A stretch of 64,000 bases of DNA from Alphaproteobacteria bacterium. Its GTDB lineage: Bacteria; Pseudomonadota; Alphaproteobacteria; CAAGCB01; CAG-977. The notes below the pieces were generated by a model that saw only the letters and a list, made by a program, of their open reading frames with translations, searched no databases and was not told the DNA's origin. The stretch is from the NCBI GenBank assembly GCA_900768875.1, contig CAAGEP010000006.1:71950-135949 (forward strand), given 5' to 3'. The translations under genes were made by a program, and so were the position numbers. Of this stretch, positions 46,614 through 56,367 are shown one piece after another (within the stretch, counting starts at the first letter, position 1; each line of letters begins with the position of its first letter).

Positions 46614-48293
46614 TCAGCGTCCGCCGCCGCCCCCGCCGCCATGACCGCCGCCGGAAAAACCGCCGCCGCCACTGCCGCTTGAACGGGCGGGCGCGGTCGT
46701 CGATCTGCCGACAGCGGCGACAAATCCGTCATATCCGCAACAAGGAATGTGCCGGCAATACGCCGCCGTTGTTTCGGACGACATGGCTTTGATTTTGTCG
46801 CTCCATTCGCTTTCCATATCCAGCAAAACGGCGTACGGCATCAGCTTTTCCGTTTTTTCGGCGGAAACCTGTGCGGAAGATTTCAGAAACAGTTTGATTC
46901 CTTGAATATGGTCGGCAATATCGCGTCCTTTTTCCGTCAGGCGCTTTATCAACGCGCCGTAAATCGGAACAGTCGCCGCCGCCGCCGCGTAAAAGGCGGC
47001 AATCGCCGGAAAGCCGTTCGTTTTGGCGAACATCATCGTCGCGAAATGAAAGGAGATAAACACTGCCATAAACACAGTTGCAAAGCTGAATTTCCGGTTT
47101 TTGAATCCTTGCAGCACCATGGTTGAAGCCACAATGAAAAACGGCAGGTAAAATGCAAAATAAATCAGCAAATCCGTCATTTGTTCGTCATATGCGCCTT
47201 TAATCAGCAAAAAAGCGGCAAGCAGCGCACCGCCGACGGTGAAGATTTTGTTGGTTTTAAAGCAATCGCGCGTTTTTTCGCGCAAAAGCTTGTTCAGCGC
47301 GTTTTGGGCTTGTGTCGCGCGGGGATTGTAAAAACGGCCGACGTGTAAAGGGAACGTGAGAAACTTGTCCAAAATCCGTTCTTCGTCGTTTTTGGGGGCG
47401 CGGTTTTTCAGCAGCGTGTTCGGACTTTGCGGATCGAACGAACAGTATCCCGACACGGTTGCCTGCAGCAAAGCCAGAGCCAAGGTTTTATCTTTTTTCG
47501 CGCCCAAAGAAGCCGCGAAGTTCGCTTCGGCGGGGGTCATGCCCGTGATGCCGTCAAAGCGCGGCATAATCGAATCGGACGGCGGATTGCGCTTGACGGC
47601 AAGTCCCGTCAGCAAAAAATACAGTCCCAAAACGCCGATTGCCGCCCAAACGTTAAACGGATGCGGCGACGCGGAAACGCTGACCGCGCCTTTGTCAAAA
47701 CCGACGGCAACGGTCAATCCTTCGCCCGCTTGCAAAGGGCGGGGGGCGAAAAAGCGCAAATCGGAATAACGCGCCGATTCCGTCGAACCGTATCCGCCGA
47801 TATAGCCCGCTTGGCGAACGACGCGCGCGCCGCGGGGCAAAGTGACGGACGCGGACGCTTCGTCAATCGGAAACGCCCAGTTGTTGCCCGTGACGTTCCA
47901 ATAAACTTCGTCGTATTTGTCAAAAAAGCGAACTGCGTTTCGCACGCGGTAAACCAGAGTGAACGTTGTTGTTTCACGCGGAATGAAATCATCGTTTCCC
48001 GTATTGACGCGCAAATTGCCGCTGCTGTTTTCGATGAAAAAAGGTTCGGGATTGCCGTTGCGGAAAACGGATTCGATGTGATAGCGTTCCCCTTTGTTTC
48101 GGGGTAAATCGCGGTAAATGCCGCGGCGGATGTTGACGCCTTCAACGGTGACGGTAATGTTTTCCGTAACGAACAGGGACGCGTCGGGCTGAACGGTTAT
48201 ATCGGCGCGGTAGGACAAAATCCGTTCCGCAGCATGCGCCGAAAACGAAAATACAATCAGAAAAAGGGTTAAAAGCTTTTTCAACGGTGTCAA
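46614..48293 (-). CDS. DUF2207 (YciQ-like) membrane protein with C-terminal Gly-rich tail
   Basis: Signal peptide, ~230-aa extracytoplasmic N-domain, 3-4 TM helices, C-terminal [18 protein letters not shown]. Start overlaps the upstream stop (ATGA). Confidence 0.55.
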   Translation of the reverse strand: MTPLKKLLTLFLIVFSFSAHAAERILSYRADITVQPDASLFVTENITVTVEGVNIRRGIYRDLPRNKGERYHIESVFRNGNPEPFFIENSSGNLRVNTGNDDFIPRETTTFTLVYRVRNAVRFFDKYDEVYWNVTGNNWAFPIDEASASVTLPRGARVVRQAGYIGGYGSTESARYSDLRFFAPRPLQAGEGLTVAVGFDKGAVSVSASPHPFNVWAAIGVLGLYFLLTGLAVKRNPPSDSIMPRFDGITGMTPAEANFAASLGAKKDKTLALALLQATVSGYCSFDPQSPNTLLKNRAPKNDEERILDKFLTFPLHVGRFYNPRATQAQNALNKLLREKTRDCFKTNKIFTVGGALLAAFLLIKGAYDEQMTDLLIYFAFYLPFFIVASTMVLQGFKNRKFSFATVFMAVFISFHFATMMFAKTNGFPAIAAFYAAAAATVPIYGALIKRLTEKGRDIADHIQGIKLFLKSSAQVSAEKTEKLMPYAVLLDMESEWSDKIKAMSSETTAAYCRHIPCCGYDGFVAAVGRSTTAPARSSGSGGGGFSGGGHGGGGGGGR

Positions 48294-49075
48294 GTCACCA
48301 AATTCAAAATGCGCGCGGCGGTGCCGGCGGACGATGCGCGGTTGATTGTCGCCATGTTCGTATACCCCGCCGCCAACAAATCGGAAGCCCCTTGCGCGGA
48401 CAGAATACCGCTGTTCGTCGTGGCGTTCGTCAGCGACGAATTCATTTGCTCCTCGTTTTTTTTCTGCTGAATTTGCCCTTCGGACAGCCCTTTGTGATTG
48501 ACGGCGGTTTCCTTGGTGACATAGTCGTGCTTGTAAGTATCGCCCATTTGCACTTGCAGAGCGTACAGCGTGTCCTTTTTAACGGGCTTGCCGTCCTGCG
48601 TGGTGACGTGAATGTAATAAGTGCCTTTGCCCGCGTCGAATTCGCCTTTCATCATTTTTTCGAAAGCGGCGTATTCCTTGGATTTGGAATCGTCGTTTGT
48701 GGCAATCATTTTATCGCGGTAGCCCTGTTTGGTGTAGATTTCGACGCGCAGTCCCTTGGCTTTGAAATCCGCGGTGGCTTTTTCATAGTCGGACGCGGCG
48801 CTGTCAATGTCGTCCTGCGACACGTCTTTGTTTTTATCCTGCAAAGCGGATACGTTGATGGCGGACAGGCGCAGTTTTCCTTTGGACAGGGATTTGAAGC
48901 TGAACCAATCCTCGGTTTCGTTTTCGGACAACGTGGTAATCATATTCAGCCGCGAATAATTCAGGCGCAAATTGCCCATGTCGCGCGCGGTTTTAATCGT
49001 GTCGTTGTAAACGTCGGACGACGATTTCGACCATGACTTTGCCAAAGTCGCGGTTAATTCTACACCGTTAGCCAT
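48290..49075 (-). CDS. hypothetical 261-aa soluble protein, translationally coupled to DUF2207 gene
   Basis: No signal peptide, TM segment or recognisable motif. Lys/Asp-rich. It is not LemA-like, although LemA is the usual DUF2207 partner. Confidence 0.4.
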   Translation of the reverse strand: MANGVELTATLAKSWSKSSSDVYNDTIKTARDMGNLRLNYSRLNMITTLSENETEDWFSFKSLSKGKLRLSAINVSALQDKNKDVSQDDIDSAASDYEKATADFKAKGLRVEIYTKQGYRDKMIATNDDSKSKEYAAFEKMMKGEFDAGKGTYYIHVTTQDGKPVKKDTLYALQVQMGDTYKHDYVTKETAVNHKGLSEGQIQQKKNEEQMNSSLTNATTNSGILSAQGASDLLAAGYTNMATINRASSAGTAARILNLVT

Positions 49076-49124
49076 AACGCACTCCTTTCTTTGAGTGAAT
49101 CCTTAATAACAGGATATCCGATTT

Positions 49125-51053
49125 TTACAATTCGGGCAAGACTTCGTCGAAATTCTTTTCAACGGGTGGCAGGGGTTCCGGCTTTTGTTTTTTTTCGGGC
49201 TTGTTTCGGGGGGATTGCCATTCGACTTCGTACAAACGCTGGCGTTCGTCAATGCCTTTCAAGTCAAACAGCCCCAAGTCTTTGAAAACATAGCTTTTTC
49301 CCGCTGCCAATTCTTTGACGACGCTGGAAACGAAAATCTGGTTTTTATCGGCTTTGGCGCAAATTCTGGCGGCGATTTGAACCGTCAGTCCGAACAAATC
49401 GTTGTTTTCGACAATCGGTTCGCCCGAATTCAGTCCGATTCGGATTTCCAAAGGAACGGTCGGCGATTCGTGGTTGTATTCATTGACGGCGCGTTGAATC
49501 GCGATTGCCGCGTCCAGCGCGTTCGACGCCCATACGAACGATGCCATGATACCGTCGCCCGTTTGTTTTATTTCTTCACCGTTGCAGGCGGTCAAAGCCT
49601 GCCGCACGATGGTGTTGTGCCGGTGAACCAGTTCCTGCGCCAACGTGTCGCCGTAGGTCTGCGTCATTTGCGTTGATCCGACGATGTCCGTAAACATTAC
49701 CGATATCGTTCCCGATTGAGTCAATTCTTTTTTATCGGGGTTCAGCCATTTTTGCAAAGCTCCCTGCAACAGAGAGGGCAATTCGGGCGAAGACGGCGTT
49801 TCGGTGTAAAGCTCCATTGCTTTTGATCCGTTTTCAATCATCGGCAAATAGGACGGTTCCAACATATATTCGTCCAAACGATCAAAAAACAAATCGGCCA
49901 AAGACTTCGTCCGTCCCATTAGCTCCAACTGAGAAGACAGCAACAAACGTTCTTCGTTTTTTTGCAAAGCGTTTTTGGTGCACAAAAATTCACACGCTCC
50001 CGCCAAAAAAAGTTCAACCCCGAAACGGGCGTAAGTATTCAGCAGGACATTTTGTTTCTGCAGCGTTTTCAGAATCAGCGACAAAAACGCCGTCAGCTGC
50101 AGGTTGTAGCGTTCCAGTTCCGGCGGAATGGAGGAATCGTTTTCGGTGTCAGCTTTCGCTTCTTCCGCTGCCATCGGGTCGTCGGGGACTAAAAGGGCAT
50201 CCGGCTCTTTTTGTTCGTCTTCCGTCTGTTCGTTGTCTTCCGTGTTTTCCGTCGAATCGCTCTGAATCGATGCCAAAGCTTCTTCGGCGGCTTTTTCGTC
50301 TTCCTCTTTTTTCAAAGCGGCCGCTTTCTCGCGTTCGGCGATGCGTTCGGCCAATGTTTTGCGGCCGGTGATGCGGTCGAAAATATCGAACAGAAAACGG
50401 GCGACGCCGGTGGACAGTTCGTCTGCGCCTTCAAAAGATTCGGTGAATGTTTCAACGGGTTTTGCGTTTTTTTCACCGGCGACGGGGTCGTTTTTCGGCA
50501 GCTGCGGCCAGAACGGGTCTTTTTCGTCGTCCACGCCCATCAAAATGTTCCAGTCCACCCAGCGAACCGCCAGCGGAATGGATAAAAACAGGAAGAAAAA
50601 GATAAACAGTCCCAAAGCAAAATGCTGCGACATTTCCGTCGGAGCGAAATTCCCCATGACCATGGCGCGCAGGATGCCCGCCGACAAAGCCCCCGCTCCC
50701 AACAGGGAAATAATCAAAGCGAACCCCAAACGCAGGAAAGCTTCGGTAAACGTCTGTTCCGTTTTGCGTTTTTTTTCGTTTTTGTATTTCGGCAACGGAG
50801 GCGCGGGTTTTCCGATCATCTTGTCGCGCGGGGGCGGTTTCGGCAAATCGCTGAGGTAAACCATGGCTTCGGTGAACGTTTGGGCGTTCATGTCATAGGT
50901 TTCTTTGACAACTTTTGTAGGAGTTTGCTGAGAAAATTCAATGGATTTGGCGTGCTCCATCGCGGCGGAGCGGCGTTCGGACGGATAGCGGCCGATTAAA
51001 TCCCAGCTGCCGTTTTGATAGGCGTACACTTCATAATTGACTATACCTGGCAA
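49125..51053 (-). CDS. membrane-anchored class III adenylate/guanylate cyclase
   Basis: Two TM helices, acidic linker, C-terminal CHD domain (VMFTDIVGSTQ...GDGIMASF...). Confidence 0.75.
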   Translation of the reverse strand: MPGIVNYEVYAYQNGSWDLIGRYPSERRSAAMEHAKSIEFSQQTPTKVVKETYDMNAQTFTEAMVYLSDLPKPPPRDKMIGKPAPPLPKYKNEKKRKTEQTFTEAFLRLGFALIISLLGAGALSAGILRAMVMGNFAPTEMSQHFALGLFIFFFLFLSIPLAVRWVDWNILMGVDDEKDPFWPQLPKNDPVAGEKNAKPVETFTESFEGADELSTGVARFLFDIFDRITGRKTLAERIAEREKAAALKKEEDEKAAEEALASIQSDSTENTEDNEQTEDEQKEPDALLVPDDPMAAEEAKADTENDSSIPPELERYNLQLTAFLSLILKTLQKQNVLLNTYARFGVELFLAGACEFLCTKNALQKNEERLLLSSQLELMGRTKSLADLFFDRLDEYMLEPSYLPMIENGSKAMELYTETPSSPELPSLLQGALQKWLNPDKKELTQSGTISVMFTDIVGSTQMTQTYGDTLAQELVHRHNTIVRQALTACNGEEIKQTGDGIMASFVWASNALDAAIAIQRAVNEYNHESPTVPLEIRIGLNSGEPIVENNDLFGLTVQIAARICAKADKNQIFVSSVVKELAAGKSYVFKDLGLFDLKGIDERQRLYEVEWQSPRNKPEKKQKPEPLPPVEKNFDEVLPEL

Positions 51054-51100
51054 AATGATTCTCGCTTAAAAAATTTTTTCTTTCAGTATAGTCAATTGGC

Positions 51101-51146
51101 AGAAAAAAAGGCAATAAAAAAACAACGGCTTGAAAGCAAACCGTTG
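51101..51146 (-). terminator. rho-independent terminator downstream of rpmE
   Basis: Hairpin CAACGGTTTGCTTTCAAGCCGTTG followed by a T-rich run on the minus strand. Confidence 0.5.
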
Positions 51147-51163
51147 TTTCAAAAGAAAATCTT

Positions 51164-51388
51164 TTATTTCTTGGCTGTAAAGCCGGCGAAACGTTTGTTG
51201 AATTTCGCCAACTGACCGCCCGTGTCGATCATGCGGTAAACGCCCGTCCACGCGGGATGCGACAGCGGATCGATATCCAAGCGGACGGTATCGCCTTCTT
51301 TGCCCATTGTGGAACGGGTTTTGAATTCGGTTCCGTCGGTCATAACCACGGTAATTTCGTGGTAATTCGGATGAATGTCTTTTTTCAT
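51164..51388 (-). CDS. rpmE: 50S ribosomal protein L31
   Basis: Starts [22 protein letters not shown]. The listed ORF carries a spurious 28-codon N-terminal extension. Confidence 0.8.
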   Translation of the reverse strand: MKKDIHPNYHEITVVMTDGTEFKTRSTMGKEGDTVRLDIDPLSHPAWTGVYRMIDTGGQLAKFNKRFAGFTAKK

Positions 51389-51478
51389 AATTCTGCTCCA
51401 GTCCGTAAGATAAGTGAACTCTCTATACTCTAAACGCGCGGGGATTTCAAGCCATTTCGTCAAAAAAGTCAAAAAAGG

Positions 51479-52501
51479 CTATCTTTCCGTTAATTTAAAC
51501 TCGATACGGCGGTTTTTTCTGCGCGCGGCGGGGGTATCGCCTTTTGCAATCGGTTGGTGCGATCCGAATCCGGCGGCGACCAAGCGGTTGGCGGAAACGC
51601 CTTTTTTTATCAGATAGCGCACAACGGCAATCGCTCTGTCCGACGACAAATGCCAGTTCGACGCGTACAGTTCGTTTGAAATCGGAACGTTGTCCGTATG
51701 TCCGTCAACCCGCAACACCCAAGGCACCTTTGCGGGGATTTTTTTTGACAGTTCCTTGATGGAAGCCGCTATCAAATCCAGCTGTTTTTTGCCGCGTTCC
51801 TCCAAATGGGCGGAACCGCTTTTGAAAAACAGCTCGGATTGCAAAACAAAGCGGTCGCCGACGATTCGGATGTCGTCGCGGTTTTCCAACACTTTGCGCA
51901 AAGTGCCGAAAAAATCGGAGCGGTAATAAGACAGTTCGGACGCTTTTTGCGCCAAAGCTTTGTTCAAGCGTTTGCCCAAATCGGCGATTTGAGCGTTTTG
52001 GGTTTTGGCTTTTTCCTCTGCCGCGCCCAATGCCGCGTTCAGTTTCGCGATTTCGTCCGTCAGATTTTGCGTTTTCGTGTTGAGCAGCGCAATGTGCGCT
52101 TTTGCTTCGTCGGAAATTTTGCGTTCGTTTTCAAAGTCCTGTTTGCGGGCGGCGGTTTCTTTTTCCAATTCTTTTTTGCGCAGTTCCAACGCTTCGACGT
52201 CTTGCGTCAAAAGGGCTATTTTGGCTAAGGAATCTTTGTAATCCGACTGCGCCGCCGACAGTTGCCGTCCCAAATCGGCCGAGTTTTTGCGTTCGTTCGA
52301 CAATTCATCGGACAACACATCCAACTGATTGTTCAGCAATTCGATTTCGGAATTTTTCGTATCCAGATTGCGTCCCAAAAAATAATGCGACACTACAAAC
52401 AGCAACAGAAAAAACAAAACGACAATCAGCAGATTCGACATCACATCGACAAAGCTGGGCCAGAAGTTGTAAACGGCGTGCTTGCGAATTCGTCCCGCCA
52501 T
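51479..52501 (-). CDS. MotB/OmpA-family protein with N-terminal TM (conserved Asp), ~200-aa coiled-coil linker and C-terminal OmpA peptidoglycan-binding domain
   Basis: TM FVDVMSNLLIVVLFFLLLFVV. Long heptad region. OmpA_C-like domain (VDGHTDNVPI...SNWHLSSDRAIAVVRYL...RRIEF). 1-nt overlap (TAATG) with the upstream MotA-like gene. Confidence 0.65.
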   Translation of the reverse strand: MAGRIRKHAVYNFWPSFVDVMSNLLIVVLFFLLLFVVSHYFLGRNLDTKNSEIELLNNQLDVLSDELSNERKNSADLGRQLSAAQSDYKDSLAKIALLTQDVEALELRKKELEKETAARKQDFENERKISDEAKAHIALLNTKTQNLTDEIAKLNAALGAAEEKAKTQNAQIADLGKRLNKALAQKASELSYYRSDFFGTLRKVLENRDDIRIVGDRFVLQSELFFKSGSAHLEERGKKQLDLIAASIKELSKKIPAKVPWVLRVDGHTDNVPISNELYASNWHLSSDRAIAVVRYLIKKGVSANRLVAAGFGSHQPIAKGDTPAARRKNRRIEFKLTER

Positions 52502-53499
52502 TACTTGCCGTCCGTTCCCGAAATGGTGCGAATCAACAGACGAAACGAATCCCGCACTTCACGCAACAGGATTTCCTGGCGGGCTTCCGAATTTTTGTCA
52601 ATCTGACTTATGCTGCGATCGATTCGGCTGATGTAACGCAACAAATCCGTATCGTTCTGGGCGCGTTCCTGCGCTTTTGCGTCGTCGATTTGCAACTGGC
52701 GGCGGATGTCCGCCATGCTTTCCACCATTTGTTCCAGCAAAGCGTTGGTATAAGCCGCATTGGAAGTTACAGAATCGTCCGTTGACCCGACCCCCGACGC
52801 ATAGCGTGTCAGCGCCGCCAGATGTTCGTCCAATCCGTTGTAAAAATGGTTTTGCGCGCCGTTCGCCTGCAAGTCCAAAAATCCCATGACCAAAGCCCCC
52901 GCCAATCCCAACAGGGACGACGAGAACGCCGTTCCCATACCCGACAGCGGTGCTTCCAGACTGGTTTTAATCGTATTGAATGCGTCCGAAGCCGATTCGC
53001 CCGATACGTTCAGCGCCCGAATTACGTCGCCGACAGCGCCGACGGTACTCATCAATCCCCAAAACGTTCCAAGCAATCCCAAAAAAGTGGACAGCCCGAT
53101 TAAATAACGGGAAATGTCGCGGACTTCCTCCAACCGCATGCCGACGGAATCCAATACGGATCGCGCAATCGTCGGAGAAATGACGGCGTTTCCTTTGGCG
53201 CGGTTGTTTTTCAAAATCAACGCCAAAGGCGACAACAGCCGCAGCGGAGCCAACGCCGCGTCGTCCAAAGGCAAAGGCTGTTTGTTTATCCAGCGCACTT
53301 CTTTGCGCAAAACAAAAACGGAGCGGAAGTTCAAAATGATGCCCGCCGCCAAAACAAAAGCAATCAATCCGTTTAAAACGGGATTGGTGAAAAACGCCGA
53401 TTTTAAGAACGGAAACAGCAAAACGCCCGCAATGCAGACCAAAGCCAGAAACAATACCATTCGCGCAATGTAGCGTCCGGGAAATTCCATGGGAAACAC
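52501..53499 (-). CDS. MotA/TolQ/ExbB-family proton-channel protein with ~100-aa C-terminal cytoplasmic coiled-coil tail
   Basis: Four predicted TM helices. TolQ/ExbB-like signature LGLLGTFWGLMSTVGAV. AGGAG RBS. Confidence 0.65.
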   Translation of the reverse strand: MFPMEFPGRYIARMVLFLALVCIAGVLLFPFLKSAFFTNPVLNGLIAFVLAAGIILNFRSVFVLRKEVRWINKQPLPLDDAALAPLRLLSPLALILKNNRAKGNAVISPTIARSVLDSVGMRLEEVRDISRYLIGLSTFLGLLGTFWGLMSTVGAVGDVIRALNVSGESASDAFNTIKTSLEAPLSGMGTAFSSSLLGLAGALVMGFLDLQANGAQNHFYNGLDEHLAALTRYASGVGSTDDSVTSNAAYTNALLEQMVESMADIRRQLQIDDAKAQERAQNDTDLLRYISRIDRSISQIDKNSEARQEILLREVRDSFRLLIRTISGTDGK

Positions 53500-53516
53500 T
53501 CCTCTTGTGAGCTGTT

Positions 53517-54572
53517 TTATCCGTCAATTAAAATATCGGTGCGATCGGGCAGTTTGCTCCCTGCACCTTTGGTGGCGTGCGACCTGATTTCAATGCGCAA
53601 ACTGCTGACGCCCGCGCGCGCCAACGCCGAACGAACCGCCAAAGCGCGGCGCAGGGATGTTTGGCGCTCTCTGCCGATGTTGGGCGATGACGGGCGGCTG
53701 TACGACAATATCAAAATACGGCGAGATCTTTCTTTTTTGAAAAGTTTTGCCAGTTTTTCGGCTTCGGATTGCATTTCTTCCGTCAGCTCTGCGGAGTTTT
53801 CGGGAAATACAAAGATTGCCGTCAAATCTTTGTTGCGCAAAACCGCTTTTGCCGTCGCCGAATCGGCGGGAACTTCTTTGACCAAAAACGCAGAGCGTTC
53901 TTTCGGGGTCAGTTTCCGAATGACGGGAACAACCGACCATTTTGCGGCTTCGTCCGTTTTTAAAGCCTTTGCCGTCTTGCGGGTCAGCAGCATTTCGGGA
54001 ACGGTGTTCGGTTCCGCCGTTTGCGCCCGCTTCATCAAATCCAGTTCTTTGGCGGCGTGTTCCGCGTTTTCCTGTTGTTCCAGAAAATGTTTGGACAGCA
54101 TCGGTTCTGCGGGGGCTGTTTCGGCTTCGGCCTGCAGGACGGGCGGTTGCTCTGTGACGGGCAAAGGCGCGACGGGCAAAACTTTGACTGTCGGAACGGG
54201 ATCCGCGCGGGGCTTCAGCCTGTCGTGTGCATCCCCTGTTCCGTTTTCCTTGACCTCGTATTTCTTTACGGGTTTGACAGGGGGCTTGACAACGGGTTTG
54301 ACGGGTTTTTTAGGCTTTTTTGCTTTGACCGTCTTTTTGCTTTTGGCGTTTTTTTTGCGAACGGTCTTTGCCTTTTCTTTTTTCGGAGCCGACGCGCTTT
54401 GTTCCGCAGGCGGGTTCAGCGCGACGTTCGACTGGGCTTTCCGTTCCTTTGCCGAAGCCGTCAAATCGTCCGTCAGCACGTCCAAATCCAATGTGATTTG
54501 AGCAAAAGCCGCCGTCGCCGTTACATAAGCAACGGCAAAAGCGGCGGCGAATTTTGCAAATCGGACGGAAAT
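53517..54572 (-). CDS. secreted Lys/Pro-rich (TonB/TolA-like linker) protein with degenerate C-terminal OmpA-like domain; probable non-canonical ATT start at 54572 (conservative TTG-initiated ORF 53517..54491)
   Basis: Extending the frame upstream gives MSVRFAKFAAAFAVAYVTATAAFA|QITLDLD, a clean signal peptide. A perfect AAGGAG SD lies 7 nt before an ATT codon, and no ATG/GTG/TTG is available. The C-terminus reads SLRRALAVRSALARAGVSSLRIEIRS...DRTDILI, an OmpA_C-like region lacking the HTD motif. Confidence 0.45.
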   Translation of the reverse strand: MSVRFAKFAAAFAVAYVTATAAFAQITLDLDVLTDDLTASAKERKAQSNVALNPPAEQSASAPKKEKAKTVRKKNAKSKKTVKAKKPKKPVKPVVKPPVKPVKKYEVKENGTGDAHDRLKPRADPVPTVKVLPVAPLPVTEQPPVLQAEAETAPAEPMLSKHFLEQQENAEHAAKELDLMKRAQTAEPNTVPEMLLTRKTAKALKTDEAAKWSVVPVIRKLTPKERSAFLVKEVPADSATAKAVLRNKDLTAIFVFPENSAELTEEMQSEAEKLAKLFKKERSRRILILSYSRPSSPNIGRERQTSLRRALAVRSALARAGVSSLRIEIRSHATKGAGSKLPDRTDILIDG

Positions 54573-54583
54573 GACGGTTCTCC

Positions 54584-55675
54584 TTACTTGACGATAAGGT
54601 TTTTAAAGACTTCGTACTGCAACGAGTTTGACGCCAGAATCGTTCCGTCGGTCAAAACCGTTTTCGGTGTTTCGACGCCCGAAGTCGTGCAGACGCGTCC
54701 GCCCGCTTCGCGCACCATCAGCATGCCGGCGGCGATGTCCCACGGTTTGATGTCTTCTTCCCAGTAACATTCAAAGCGTCCTGCGGCGACATAAGCCAAA
54801 TCCAACGACGCGGCGCCCATGCGGCGAACACCGCCCGTTTTGGTCATCATCGGCATCAGCTGCGCCGTAAAGCGTTCCGCGTTGCCGTGCCCCAAATGGG
54901 GAATGCCCGTTACAACGACGGATTCGTTTAAAGCGGAGCGCGTGGAAACGTGCAGGCGGCTGGAACCCGAAGCGGTCAGCATCCATGCGCCGTTGCCCTT
55001 TTCGGCGTAGAACAAGTCGGACGTTGCGGGATTGTAAATCACGCCCGCGATGATTTCCTGATCTTCCTGCAAAGCCAAAGAAATCGCAAAATGCGGAACG
55101 GCATGCAAAAAGTTCATCGTGCCGTCCAACGGATCGATAATCCAACGGTGGGATGTGTCGTCGCCTTTGATTTCGCCGCCTTCTTCCTGTAAAAATCCGT
55201 AGCGGGGGCGGACTTTCAGCAGATATTCGCGCAACGTCTTTTCAGAGTTGGTGTCGGCGGTGGAAACAAAATCAGCTGCGCCTTTTTGCGACAGGCGCAG
55301 GTTTTCCAATTCACCGAAATCGCGCATCAAGCCGCGTCCGGCGCGCTTGACCGCCTGAATCATGACGTTCAGGTTCGCCGACAGCGACGAAATGAATTTG
55401 TCCTGACGGGATTCGCGAAAGTCAACCACGGGATCGCGCTTCATAAAAGTCGTTCTTTCATGACGATCGTCAAATCCTTCGTGTCCGGCGCGCGCTTCAC
55501 GCATCTCTTCCTGTTTTTGCTGCAGGGCGGCAATGGCGCGGTTTTTGATGTTTTCTTTGACCAACCGTTCCTGTTCCTGCGCTTTGCGTTCGGAAACGCG
55601 TTCGGCGGCAATGGCTTTGCGTGCGCTTGAGCGGCGCATCATCGGACTGGACGGTCTGATTGTAGTTTTAGGCAT
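54584..55675 (-). CDS. suhB: inositol monophosphatase family protein (SuhB-like) with ~95-aa basic N-terminal extension
   Basis: IMPase motifs (WIIDPLDGT, DxxxG...WD). The long ORF has a good SD (AAGGAAAGAGG). An alternative start at 55444 would give a canonical-length SuhB. Confidence 0.7.
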   Translation of the reverse strand: MPKTTIRPSSPMMRRSSARKAIAAERVSERKAQEQERLVKENIKNRAIAALQQKQEEMREARAGHEGFDDRHERTTFMKRDPVVDFRESRQDKFISSLSANLNVMIQAVKRAGRGLMRDFGELENLRLSQKGAADFVSTADTNSEKTLREYLLKVRPRYGFLQEEGGEIKGDDTSHRWIIDPLDGTMNFLHAVPHFAISLALQEDQEIIAGVIYNPATSDLFYAEKGNGAWMLTASGSSRLHVSTRSALNESVVVTGIPHLGHGNAERFTAQLMPMMTKTGGVRRMGAASLDLAYVAAGRFECYWEEDIKPWDIAAGMLMVREAGGRVCTTSGVETPKTVLTDGTILASNSLQYEVFKNLIVK

Positions 55676-55696
55676 CGAAAAAGCCTCTTTCCTTAA

Positions 55697-56260
55697 TTAT
55701 TTCGCGCGTTCGACATAGGTGTTGTCAATGGTGGAAACGACGATTTTGTCGCCCGTCGCAACAAACGGGGGAACGCCGATACGCAAACCGTTGTCCAAAA
55801 CCGCGGGTTTGTAGGACGACGAAACGGTCTGCCCTTTAATCACGGGTTCGGTTTCAACGACGGTTTGGATGACTTTCGCCGGAATTTCGACGCTGACGGG
55901 GTGGCCTTCAATGAACTGGACGACACATTCCATATTGTCCTGCAGATAAGCGGCGCGGTCGCCCAGCAATTCCTTGGGCACGGTGAACTGGTCGTAAGTG
56001 TCGACCATCATGAACGTCAAGTCCTTGCCGTCCGAATACAGATAAGTGCAGTCGTGGTCTTCGCTCATCAGCTTTTCGACGGTGTCGGCGGTGCGCCAGC
56101 GCTGCTGGGTTTTGACGCCCGTGGCGACGTCGCGCATTTCGACCTGAATCGTGGCGTTGCCTTTGCCCGGAATGACCAAGTCGATTCCGATGACCAGACA
56201 CTGTTTGCCGTTGTATTCGATGACCCAACCCGGACGGATTTGGTTAGCTTGCATTTTCAT
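55697..56260 (-). CDS. efp: elongation factor P
   Basis: 187 aa. KOW-like N-domain with a modification-loop lysine (VIPGKGNA). Confidence 0.85.
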   Translation of the reverse strand: MKMQANQIRPGWVIEYNGKQCLVIGIDLVIPGKGNATIQVEMRDVATGVKTQQRWRTADTVEKLMSEDHDCTYLYSDGKDLTFMMVDTYDQFTVPKELLGDRAAYLQDNMECVVQFIEGHPVSVEIPAKVIQTVVETEPVIKGQTVSSSYKPAVLDNGLRIGVPPFVATGDKIVVSTIDNTYVERAK

Positions 56261-56367
56261 GACTTTTTTCCTTGTATACAGAAGTAAAGAAGATAGAATT
56301 TAGCAAAAAATAACAGATTGGCTTTTGTAAAGCAAGAGCTCAGCCGTCAAAAAGGAGTAATTTTTTT

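Noticed and set aside
53539-54501. 320-aa ORF on + strand and 56347..57243 - ORF
   Set aside because: Antisense to the secreted OmpA-like gene and to epmA respectively. No start context or domains.
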